A DNA stretch of 53,662 nucleotides, taken from contig DAIMKN010000001.1 in the NCBI GenBank assembly GCA_036721725.1, positions 1-53,662 of the forward strand. The letters are read 5' to 3'. Under the pieces are notes generated by a model. That model had not been told where the DNA came from and made no database searches. It was given only the letters and a program-made list of their open reading frames with translations. Below, piece after piece: positions 33,861-42,177 of the stretch; positions within the stretch are counted from its first letter, which is position 1, and every line of letters starts with the position of its first letter. The position numbers were made by a program, and so were the translations under genes. This DNA comes from Actinomycetota bacterium (GTDB lineage: Bacteria > Actinomycetota > UBA4738).

Positions 33861-36800
33861 TCAGACGCGACGCAGCTTCAACCGGGCCGTCTCTCCCTCC
33901 ACCTGCACCTCGGCAGAGGCTTCCGGTTCTCCACCCCGGTCGCCGTTCAGCCGAACGGCAAGCACCTCCCCGGCGATCCGTTCGCGGTGTTCGGCCAGCG
34001 CCTCGCTCAACAAGCCGGAGGTCTCCACGAACAGTTCGATCCGGTCGGTCACCCCGAGTCCCGCGGACCTGCGGAGGTCCTGCACCGCCCGAACCAGTTC
34101 GCGGGCCGCGCCCTCCCGGCGGAGGTCGTCGTCCAGGGCCAGGTCCAACGCCACGGTGTTCGTCCCGTCGGAGGCCATGCCCCATCCCGTCTGGGTCTGC
34201 TGCACCAGCTCGACGTCGTCGGGCCCGAGCTCCACCTCTCCGGACGCTGCGGCCAGCCGAACGGACCCGCCGGCCGCAAGCTCCCGGGCCAGGGTTCCGT
34301 CGTCCGCGGCGAGAGCGGCGGCGACCTCCTGGACCCGCTGTCCCAGCTTCGGGCCCAGTACGCGGAAGTTCGGCTTGGCCCGCCACTCCGACAGCGACTC
34401 CGCCGATCCGGCGAACACCACCTCCCGCGCGTTCAACTCCTCCTTCACCAGCGGCAGCAACGGCTCGAGGGCAGAGCGTTCGGCCGTCACGTGGAGCACG
34501 GCCCGGGACAGGGGCTGGCGGACCCGGACCTTGGCGTCCGTTCGGACCGTTCGGCCCAGCGACACGAGCGAACGAACGGTCGCCATCGCCGCCTCCAGGT
34601 CCGGGTCGACCAAGGACAGATCTGCGACGGGGAAGTCGGTGAGGTGCACCGAGATCGGCGCGTCCGGATGGCCGCCGGCCGTCAGGTTCCGGTATAGCTC
34701 CTCCGAGACGAACGGCGTGAGCGGCGCCATCAGCCCGGTCAGCGTGACCAGGCACTCCTCCAGCGTGGCGAACGCGGCGAGCTTCGTGGCCTCGTCGCCG
34801 CCACCGCGGGACGGGTCCCAGAACCGCCGCCGCGAACGCCGGACGTACCAGTTCGAGAGGTCGTCGATCAGCTCGGCGATCGAACGCGCCGCCCCCGTCG
34901 CGTCGTAGCCCTCCATGGCGGCGCCCACCGCCGCCACGGTCGAGTGCAGCCGCGACAGCACCCACCGGTCGAGCAGCGGCCGGTCCGCCGCCCGCGGCGC
35001 CGAGGCCAGGTCCGGCTGGTCGATGTTCGCGTACGTCACGTAGAACGAGTACGTGTTCCACAGCGTCAGCAGGACGCGGCGAACGACGTCGTCGAGCATG
35101 TCCATGGAGATGCGCCGCGTGGACCACGGCGAGCCGGTAGCGACCAGGAACCATCGCAGCGCATCGGCACCCTGGCGGTCGATGACCGACCACGGCTCCA
35201 GGATGTTGCCGAGGCTCTTCGACATCTTCCGGCCCTCGCCGTCCACGATGAGGCCGAGGCACAGCACGTTCTTGTAGGCGTTCGAGCCGAACAGCAGCAC
35301 CCCCTCGGCCATCAGCGTGTAAAACCACCCGCGGGTCTGGTCGATGGCCTCGGCGATCAGGTCCGCAGGGAAGCGTTCGTCGAACGTCGCCCCGCCCTCG
35401 CTCCCGGGCCCGCCATAGTTCCACTGCGCGTACGGCATCGCGCCGGAGTCGAACCACGTGTCGATGACCTGAGGGACGCGGCGGGCCTCCCCACCGCACG
35501 ACGGACAGTCGAACGTCACGTCGTCGATGCCCGGTCGATGCGGGTCGATCGACGTCACGTCGCGGCCGGCGAGTTCGCTCAACTCCGCGAGCGAACCGAC
35601 GGCCCGGTCGTGACCCCGAGCGCAGCGCCAGATTGGAAGCGGCGTGCCCCAGTACCGGTCGCGCGACAGCGACCAGTCGATGTTGTTCGCCAGCCAGTCG
35701 CCGAAGCGGCCGTGCTTGATGTGGTCGGGGAACCAGTTCACCGTCTCGTTCGCCGCCAGGAGGTCCTGCTTGCGCGCCGTGGTGCGGACGTACCAGGCGG
35801 GGCGGGCGTAGTAGAGGAGCGGCGTCTTGCACCGCCAGCAGTGCGGGTAGGGGTGCTCGACGCGTTCGGCCCGGAGCAGTCGTCCGCGCGCGCGCAAGTC
35901 CTCCAAGATGGCGTCGTCCGCGTCCTTGACGAACACCCCGCGCACGTACTCCGGCGCGAGATCGGTGAACCGGCCGGTGTCGTCCACCGGGTTGAACACC
36001 GGCCACCCCTCGCGCCGGCCGACGGCGAGGTCTTCCGCGCCGAACGCGGGCGCCATGTGCACGATGCCGGTGCCGTCCTCCATCGACACGAACGCCGCCG
36101 CCACCACCCGATGGGTGGTGCCTTCCTCGACGTTGTCGAACGGCGCCTCGTAGCGCGTCCCCACCATCGCCGAACCGGGGAAGCTGGGGCCGAGCTGTTC
36201 GGTCGAGGCGTCCTCGGCCACCGATCCCCGCAGCGCGTCGGCCACCACCAGCACCTCGTCTCCCACCCGCAGCCGGACGTAGGCCTCGTTCGCCGCCACG
36301 GCCAGGCCGAGGTTCGAGATGAGCGTCCACGGCGTGGTGGTCCATGCCACCAGCGCCGCACCGTCCAGGCCGTCGACGTTCGACGACAGCACGGGGAACC
36401 GGACGAACGCGCTGGGGTCCAGATCCTGCTCGTAGCCCTGGGCCACCTCGTGATCGGACAGTCCTGTTCCGCATCGCGGGCAGTACGCGGTCACCTTGTC
36501 GTCCTGGAACAGCAGATCCTGTTCGTGCAACTGCTTGAGCGCCCACCACACGCTCTGGACGTAGTCGGCGTTCATGGTCCAGTACGCCTGGTCCATGTCG
36601 AGCCACAGGCCGATGCGCTCGGTCAGCCGCTCCCACTCGCTCACGTAGCGCGTCACCGAGGCGCGGCAGCGTTCGACGAACTCCGCGATGCCGAACACCT
36701 CGATGTCGCGCTTGTTCTTCGTCCCGATCTCCTTCTCCACCTCCACCTCGACGGGCAGGCCGTGGCAGTCCCAACCCGCCTTGCGAGGGACGAAATGGCC

Positions 36801-37031
36801 GGTCATCGTCTTGTAGCGGGGGAAGACGTCCTTGAACGTCCGTGCCTCCACGTGATGGATGCCGGGCAGGCCGTTCGCGGTGGGCGGGCCCTCGTAGAAC
36901 ACCCACAGCGGCGCGTCCTGGCGGAGGCGAAGGCTCTCGGCGAACACCCCCCGTTCGCGCCAGAAGTCGATGACGGCGCGCTCCATGGCGGGGAAGTCCA
37001 CCTTCGGGTCCACCGGCTGGTACCTGGTCAT
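33861..37031 (-). CDS. ileS: Isoleucine--tRNA ligase
   Basis: ORF track, 1056 aa. PPTANGLPGIHH (HIGH), KMSKSLGN (KMSKS), an editing-domain region, and a T-box leader upstream. Confidence 0.95.
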   Translation of the reverse strand: MTRYQPVDPKVDFPAMERAVIDFWRERGVFAESLRLRQDAPLWVFYEGPPTANGLPGIHHVEARTFKDVFPRYKTMTGHFVPRKAGWDCHGLPVEVEVEKEIGTKNKRDIEVFGIAEFVERCRASVTRYVSEWERLTERIGLWLDMDQAYWTMNADYVQSVWWALKQLHEQDLLFQDDKVTAYCPRCGTGLSDHEVAQGYEQDLDPSAFVRFPVLSSNVDGLDGAALVAWTTTPWTLISNLGLAVAANEAYVRLRVGDEVLVVADALRGSVAEDASTEQLGPSFPGSAMVGTRYEAPFDNVEEGTTHRVVAAAFVSMEDGTGIVHMAPAFGAEDLAVGRREGWPVFNPVDDTGRFTDLAPEYVRGVFVKDADDAILEDLRARGRLLRAERVEHPYPHCWRCKTPLLYYARPAWYVRTTARKQDLLAANETVNWFPDHIKHGRFGDWLANNIDWSLSRDRYWGTPLPIWRCARGHDRAVGSLAELSELAGRDVTSIDPHRPGIDDVTFDCPSCGGEARRVPQVIDTWFDSGAMPYAQWNYGGPGSEGGATFDERFPADLIAEAIDQTRGWFYTLMAEGVLLFGSNAYKNVLCLGLIVDGEGRKMSKSLGNILEPWSVIDRQGADALRWFLVATGSPWSTRRISMDMLDDVVRRVLLTLWNTYSFYVTYANIDQPDLASAPRAADRPLLDRWVLSRLHSTVAAVGAAMEGYDATGAARSIAELIDDLSNWYVRRSRRRFWDPSRGGGDEATKLAAFATLEECLVTLTGLMAPLTPFVSEELYRNLTAGGHPDAPISVHLTDFPVADLSLVDPDLEAAMATVRSLVSLGRTVRTDAKVRVRQPLSRAVLHVTAERSALEPLLPLVKEELNAREVVFAGSAESLSEWRAKPNFRVLGPKLGQRVQEVAAALAADDGTLARELAAGGSVRLAAASGEVELGPDDVELVQQTQTGWGMASDGTNTVALDLALDDDLRREGAARELVRAVQDLRRSAGLGVTDRIELFVETSGLLSEALAEHRERIAGEVLAVRLNGDRGGEPEASAEVQVEGETARLKLRRV

Positions 37032-37034
37032 CTC

Positions 37035-37356
37035 GCCCTCTCCTCCCTCGCATCGTCTTCAAGGAGCCGGGAACGACGAACGCCCCGTCCCGCGTCGCTC
37101 AGGGACGAGGCGTGCGGCCCCGCGGTACCACCCTGCTTGGCCGAAGACCTCCGGGTCTCCGGCCCACTCATCGCCGCCGTCTGAAGCGGCCTCCGCTGTC
37201 ACGGGCGGACCCGTCCGCGCCTACTGACCCCGTGGGGCGTTCGGGCGGCGGCTCGGGGATGATCTTCGCGGGGTCGAACCACCGGGCTCGCACCATCCCC
37301 GGCTCGCTCCGGGCCCGGAGGCCCCGCTACTCGTTCCCGTCGTCGCCTTTGCCTGC
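37035..37356 (-). promoter_or_regulatory. T-box riboswitch leader of ileS (Ile specifier)
   Basis: The minus strand reads AGCAGGGTGGTACCGCGGGG; plus-strand 37121-37133 (cgcggtaccaccc) is the reverse complement of the conserved T-box GGGUGGUACCGCG core. An 11-bp hairpin follows it (CGCCTCGTCCC...GGGACGGGGCG). Upstream elements are GGUGCGA (distal-loop-like) and GAAGAUCAUC, which carries AUC Ile codons followed by A (specifier candidate at 37261-37263). TACAAT -10 is at 37368-37363 and SD GGGAGGAG lies just before the ATG. Confidence 0.85.
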
Positions 37357-37380
37357 CCGGCGATTGTAACGTTCACTTCG

Positions 37381-37671
37381 ATGCGGATCACGGAGACGGC
37401 CGGCGGGGTCCTGGTGAGCGTTCGGGTCAGGCCGCGTTCGAGGCCGGGCATCGAATGTGAGGGCGAGGAGATCGTGGTCGGGGTGGCCGCGCCGGCGGTG
37501 GACGGCCGGGCCACGGAGGAGGCCCGCCGAGTGATGGCGGAGCTGTTCGGGGTCCCGCCGTCGGCGGTAGAGCTGCGCGGAAGCCGAACGTCACGGGCCA
37601 AGGTGTTCAAGGTCCAGGGGCTATCGAGGCCGCTGGCCGAGCAGTTGCTTTCCGCGGCCACGACGCCCTGA
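37381..37671 (+). CDS. DUF167 (YggU) family protein
   Basis: ORF track, 96 aa. VSVRVRPRSR...VGVAAPAVDGRATEEARRVMAELFGVPPSAVELRGSRTSRAKVFKV is the YggU pattern (P..GKAN... / G..SR.K). Confidence 0.8.
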   Translation: MRITETAGGVLVSVRVRPRSRPGIECEGEEIVVGVAAPAVDGRATEEARRVMAELFGVPPSAVELRGSRTSRAKVFKVQGLSRPLAEQLLSAATTP

Positions 37672-37749
37672 CCTGCGGCAACGGTTCCTTTCGGACCCCA
37701 TCGGGTATCCTTCCGCCGTCCACCGCCCGCCTGACGCATCGGATCTATC

Positions 37750-38139
37750 ATGACCTCCAAGGCATCGTTCACCGACAAAGAACTGAAGGAACTGAAGGAC
37801 CGGCTCCTGACGGAGCGCGGCGAGCTTGACTCCCAGATGGAGGAGATCGAACAGTCGACGTTCGCCGGGAACCAGACCGACCTCTCCGGCGAGATGGGTT
37901 TCGACGAGGAGTACGCCGACGCCGGGACGGCCACGTTCGAACGGGAGAAGGACCTCTCGCTGGTGAACAACCTGCGGGACCTCAAGGAGCGCATCGACAA
38001 GGCCCTGGCGAAGATCGACGAGGGCTCCTACGGTTTGTGCGACCGGTGCGGAAAGCCCATCGAGAAGGCTCGGATCAAGGCGCTGCCCTACGCCAACCTC
38101 TGCATCGAGGACAAGCAGGCCGAAGAGCGCGTCCGCTGA
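37750..38139 (+). CDS. TraR/DksA-family zinc-finger protein
   Basis: ORF track, 129 aa. Coiled-coil N-terminal half, then CDRCGKPIEKARIKALPYANLCIED, which reads CxxC-x17-CxxD. Confidence 0.8.
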   Translation: MTSKASFTDKELKELKDRLLTERGELDSQMEEIEQSTFAGNQTDLSGEMGFDEEYADAGTATFEREKDLSLVNNLRDLKERIDKALAKIDEGSYGLCDRCGKPIEKARIKALPYANLCIEDKQAEERVR

Positions 38140-38146
38140 CCCTGGG

Positions 38147-38707
38147 ATGGGCTCGCCGGCGCAGGTGACCTCGAAGCCGGCGTCCGCGCAGCGTCGGAGG
38201 CTCCGCCTGATGGGGTTCCTGTACGGCGTGGCGGCCATGGTGTTCGTGGCCGACCGGGTGACCAAGTCCCTGGTCCTTCACCACCTGGCGGGACGGCCGC
38301 CGATCGTGCTGATCCCGCACGTCGTCCAGCTCTCCTACACCACGAACTCGGGCGGCGCGTTCGGGCTGCTGGCGAACCATCCGTGGCTCTTCTTCGCCGC
38401 GTCGGTGGTCGTCATCCTGGTCATCGTCGTGGGGTCCGTCCGCTTGCGGCTGCGAACGTCGGCCGTGGCGCTGGGACTGGTCCTGGGCGGCGCGCTGGGC
38501 AACCTGATCGACCGCCTGGCCGGACCGGGAGTGAGCGGGCGGGTGACCGACTTCATCGACTTCCACGTGTGGCCGGTGTTCAACCTGGCGGACTCCGCCA
38601 TCGTGGTGGGGGTGCTGGTGATGGTGCTGGCGGGCTTGTGGCACCCGGGCGGCGGCGAGGTCCCGGCGGCGGGCGCGACCGGCCTGACGACAGCCGGGGA
38701 CGGGTGA
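38147..38707 (+). CDS. lspA: Lipoprotein signal peptidase (signal peptidase II)
   Basis: ORF track, 186 aa. Motifs NSGGAFG, GGALGNLIDR, VTDFIDF and FNLADSAI. Confidence 0.9.
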   Translation: MGSPAQVTSKPASAQRRRLRLMGFLYGVAAMVFVADRVTKSLVLHHLAGRPPIVLIPHVVQLSYTTNSGGAFGLLANHPWLFFAASVVVILVIVVGSVRLRLRTSAVALGLVLGGALGNLIDRLAGPGVSGRVTDFIDFHVWPVFNLADSAIVVGVLVMVLAGLWHPGGGEVPAAGATGLTTAGDG

Positions 38708-39597
38708 GCAGGGCCGCGTTCGAGGCGACCCCGGGCCGGCTGGACGCCGTCGCCGCCGCCGCCCTGGACCGCCCGCGGGCTGACGTGCAGCGGGCCATCG
38801 CGGCGGGCGAGGTGCTGGTCGACGGCGTGGTCCGTCCCAAATCCCATCGCCTCTCCGGCGGCGAACAGGTCGTGGTGGACACCGCCGAACGAACCGCCCT
38901 GGAGCCCGACCCCTCGCCGGTCCCCGTTCGCTATCGGGACGAACACCTGATGATCGTGGCCAAGCCGGCCGGGGTGGTCACCCATCCAACCGCGTCGCGG
39001 CGGACCGGCACGCTGGTCAACCGGTTGCTGGGGATGGGCGTCCCGCTCTCCGCCGGCGCCGAGCCCGACCGGCCGGGGATCGTGCACCGGCTGGACGCGG
39101 GGACCTCGGGCCTGATCGTGGTGGCCTCGACCGACGCGGCGCACTCAGGCCTGGCCGAGATGTTCTTCCGCCACGACGTCGACCGCCGCTACCTCGCGCT
39201 GGTCCGGGGCCGCGTCGAGCACGACCACTTCGCGGTCGATGCGCCGCTCGAACGTGACCGGGCCCGCATCAAGGTACGGATCAGCAGCGGACGCCAGGCC
39301 GAGACGGAGTTCGAGGTGGTCGAACGGTTCGAACGGGCCACGCTGCTGGAGGCGAAGCCTCGAACGGGACGGACCCATCAGATCCGGGCCCACCTCTCGT
39401 CAGCGGGCCACCCCATCCTGGGGGACCGGACGTACGGCGGAGGCGGCGACGACGCAACTGCCCTTGGCCTGCTGCGGCCGTTCCTGCATTCGTGGCGGGT
39501 GGCGTTCGATCACCCGATGACGGGGGAGCGGGTGGAGCTCGAAGAGGCCCTGCCGGAGGACCTCAGCGCGGCGTTGCGACGGTTGCGCCGGGCATGA
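38704..39597 (+). CDS. rluD: RluA/RluD-family 23S rRNA pseudouridine synthase
   Basis: In frame within ORF 38383..39597. GTG 38704 overlaps the lspA stop. An S4-like N-terminus, then HRLDAGTSGLIVVA and KPRTGRTHQIRAHL. Confidence 0.85.
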   Translation: MSRAAFEATPGRLDAVAAAALDRPRADVQRAIAAGEVLVDGVVRPKSHRLSGGEQVVVDTAERTALEPDPSPVPVRYRDEHLMIVAKPAGVVTHPTASRRTGTLVNRLLGMGVPLSAGAEPDRPGIVHRLDAGTSGLIVVASTDAAHSGLAEMFFRHDVDRRYLALVRGRVEHDHFAVDAPLERDRARIKVRISSGRQAETEFEVVERFERATLLEAKPRTGRTHQIRAHLSSAGHPILGDRTYGGGGDDATALGLLRPFLHSWRVAFDHPMTGERVELEEALPEDLSAALRRLRRA

Positions 39598-40832
39598 TGT
39601 CGCGGGCTCGGGTGGTCACCGTGGTGGCCGCGATGACCCTGCTGCTGCCGGCGTGCCACGGTGGCGGCGCGGGGCCGACGGTGGCGGTCAGCCCGCCGCC
39701 GGTCGGGCCGGCGCCGCCCTCACCGACGGGGCCCATCGTGACCCTGGATCCCTCCCGCCGCATCACGGGGTGGGTGCACACGAACGGGACCCGGTTGGTG
39801 GACCAACGGGGCCGAACGGTCCGGTTCACCGGCGTTGGATTGCGTGACCTCGAAGCGGGTTCGGGGACCATGGCTCCCGCACGTCAACCGGGGGTGATAC
39901 GACTGTGCCGGGACGGATGGTCGATCTCGCCGCGGCAGGTGTTCGATCAGATCGCGTCGTTCGGGTTCAACACGGTTCGAGTGGCGGTGACCTGGGCGAA
40001 CCTCGAGCCCACGGCGCCAACGGGCGGTGTCCACCACTGGAACGAGTCGTATCTGAGGGCGGTGGACGATGTCGTGGCGGAACTGGGGAGGCGCGGCATC
40101 AAGGTCGTGCTCGACATGCACCAGAACCGGTGGACGCCGGCCCTGCTGCGGGGCGGGCCCAACGAATGCTACGGGACCGGCATGCCCGGCTGGACCCTCG
40201 TGCCGAACGGTTCCGTCGGCGATGACAAGGCGGCGTTCTTCCAGGACCAGGGCGGTGTGCAGGAGGGGCTGGCGGAAGCATGGCGGATGCTCGGGGGGCG
40301 CTTCGCGAACAACCCCGTCGTGATCGGCGCGGACCTGTTGAACGAGCCGTACCCACTGGAGCCCCTGCCGCCCGCGTCAGGCCTGGACCGGCTGTGGAAC
40401 GTTCTCGGCGCCGCTGTCCGCTCCGTCGACCCGCGGATCCTGCTGGTGTTCGAAGACAGCGCGCCGGGCCTGGATGCGCCCCTCGCCCTGCAGCGGCCCC
40501 CACCGTTCCGGAACGAGGTCTACTCCTACCACCTGTACCGGCCGAACTGGGATCCCCTTGGGCGGGCCGTGGCCGATCGGTTCCTGGCCCGGGCCCGCCC
40601 GTGGAACGTTCCGCTGTGGGTCGGGGAGTTCGACGCGTTCGGCGAGGGCGCGAACCTCCACCCTCCCTCCCCCGCCTGGCAAACCGACACCAAGGCGTTC
40701 CTGGAGTACTGCCGAACGAACGACATCGGCTGGTCGTTCTGGGTCTACGCCGGCGCGAGCTCGCTGGTCCTGCCCGGCACGATCACTCCGAAGGAGCCGC
40801 TCCTGTCGATCCTGCAAGGAGGCGCGCCGTAG
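39594..40832 (+). CDS. Glycoside hydrolase family 5 (cellulase-like) lipoprotein
   Basis: In frame within ORF 39492..40832. ATG 39594 overlaps the rluD stop (ATGA). Signal peptide with a lipobox-like LLPAC. GH5 features VLDMHQNRW, LLNEPYP (acid/base Glu) and WVGEFDAFG (nucleophile Glu). Confidence 0.8.
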   Translation: MMSRARVVTVVAAMTLLLPACHGGGAGPTVAVSPPPVGPAPPSPTGPIVTLDPSRRITGWVHTNGTRLVDQRGRTVRFTGVGLRDLEAGSGTMAPARQPGVIRLCRDGWSISPRQVFDQIASFGFNTVRVAVTWANLEPTAPTGGVHHWNESYLRAVDDVVAELGRRGIKVVLDMHQNRWTPALLRGGPNECYGTGMPGWTLVPNGSVGDDKAAFFQDQGGVQEGLAEAWRMLGGRFANNPVVIGADLLNEPYPLEPLPPASGLDRLWNVLGAAVRSVDPRILLVFEDSAPGLDAPLALQRPPPFRNEVYSYHLYRPNWDPLGRAVADRFLARARPWNVPLWVGEFDAFGEGANLHPPSPAWQTDTKAFLEYCRTNDIGWSFWVYAGASSLVLPGTITPKEPLLSILQGGAP

Positions 40833-40850
40833 CCCGGCAGCGCTACGGCG

Positions 40851-41978
40851 CTACCGGCGGCTGGGGGTGGGCTCGCGCAGGTACAGGGCGTGTTGCGTTC
40901 GGACCTCCTGGCGGGAGGCGAGCAGCCCGTCCTCGACGTCGGGGGGGAGCTTGCGGCTCTCGATGAGGTCGGAGAGCTTCTTGGGGTCGACGGCGAGCAC
41001 CTGGTCCCACAGGCCGAGCGGTTCCAGGATCAGGCGGATGCGGTCGGGGTCGGGCTCGGTGATGTGCTGCGGCCGGCGGTCCACCGCGGCGCCGTCCGCG
41101 CCGAACAGCCGGCGGTAGCCGTGTTCGTCGCCGAACGCGTTGATGAGCGGGGCGAGCTCGTCGAGGCGCTGATATGTCTTGCGCCCCAACCGTTTCAGCT
41201 CGATCCACTCGTTCACCACCTCGGTCATCCGAGGCGCGGGGTCGCCGCCCTCCTGTTCGAACCGGTGGCGGAACAGGGGACAACGGGCCTGGAAGTCGCA
41301 CCAGTCGCACAGCGCGTTCTGCCGTGGCTCGAACTTCTTCGCGGCGATGCGTTCGGCCGCCACCGAGATCCGCTTGCGGAGCTCGTCGGCGTCGGCCGGC
41401 GAACGGGTCGTGGTCATGCGTTCGCCGGGCAGCAGGAAGTACAGGGTGAGGCGTTCGGGTTCGATGCCCCAGATCTCCTTGGCCGCGAGGTAGTACACGG
41501 TGAGCTGGAGGTCCTCCTGGACCCGCGACAGCGGAGGCAGCCGGCGGTTGGTCTTGTAGTCGATGATCTCGTAGCCGCCGCCGGGGATGCGGTCCATCCG
41601 GTCGATGGTCCCGGACACCTGCACGCCCTCCACCTCGATGCGGAAGTGGAACTCGAGCGCCGCGGGGATGGCGAACGAATCCGCGTTGTCTCGGTGATAC
41701 GACGTCAGGACCTCCGCGCCGTGGGCGCGGTAGGTGGCCTCCTCGGACGCGTCCCGGAAGCCGTCGGACTGCCACTCGCCGTCCAGCATCTCGAGCATCT
41801 CGGGAAGCGTGGGGGCGACCGGCACCGGCCGGTTGTGGAAGCGGTACAACGTCCGGTGCAGGGAGTCGCCGAACGAGAGCGCCGGCGAGGACGCCGTGGG
41901 CAGACGCTCCTCGTACTGGAACCGGTACTTGGCCGGGCAGAGTTCGTACGTTGAGAGACTGGAGTAGGAGAGCTTCAC
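40851..41978 (-). CDS. PD-(D/E)XK nuclease, Cas4/AddB-like with Fe-S cysteine cluster
   Basis: ORF track, 375 aa, GTG start. Motifs SYSSLSTYELCPAKYRF, GTIDRMDRI, YEIIDYKT, QLTVYYLA, and C-terminal CDWCDFQARC. Together these give the C...CxxCx5C arrangement seen in Cas4-type 4Fe-4S nucleases. Confidence 0.8.
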   Translation of the reverse strand: MKLSYSSLSTYELCPAKYRFQYEERLPTASSPALSFGDSLHRTLYRFHNRPVPVAPTLPEMLEMLDGEWQSDGFRDASEEATYRAHGAEVLTSYHRDNADSFAIPAALEFHFRIEVEGVQVSGTIDRMDRIPGGGYEIIDYKTNRRLPPLSRVQEDLQLTVYYLAAKEIWGIEPERLTLYFLLPGERMTTTRSPADADELRKRISVAAERIAAKKFEPRQNALCDWCDFQARCPLFRHRFEQEGGDPAPRMTEVVNEWIELKRLGRKTYQRLDELAPLINAFGDEHGYRRLFGADGAAVDRRPQHITEPDPDRIRLILEPLGLWDQVLAVDPKKLSDLIESRKLPPDVEDGLLASRQEVRTQHALYLREPTPSRR

Positions 41979-41997
41979 AGGAGTTCGACGATCCTTC

Positions 41998-42026
41998 TTG
42001 CGCCGGGGTCAGTCGGAGTGTAGGCT
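41998..42026 (+). promoter_or_regulatory. Candidate dnaE1 promoter TTGCGC-17 nt-TAGGCT
   Basis: Hexamers and spacing read from the sequence. Pattern match only. Confidence 0.3.
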
Positions 42027-42177
42027 CGGTCCCGGTCGAATTACAAGTATGTAAGTTTCCCACAGGTTTTCCCCAGCGGGGTCCAGAGCCACCGGCCAGG
42101 GGCGTCCTCCCTCCGCCCCCGGCCCGGGTTCGACCCGTCCCCGAGGCGGGATGAGAAGGAGCGGCAACAGCCCGAAC

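Noticed and set aside
39291-39330. The tandem TCGAACGG-TTCGAACGG in rluD, and similar local clusters such as 21037-21060 (TCGAACGGCTCGAACGG), considered as discrete regulatory repeats.
   Set aside because: They encode ordinary peptide (VERFERA, VERLERV). They are best explained as local consequences of the window-wide CGAAC(G) enrichment reported as a finding, not as separate elements.
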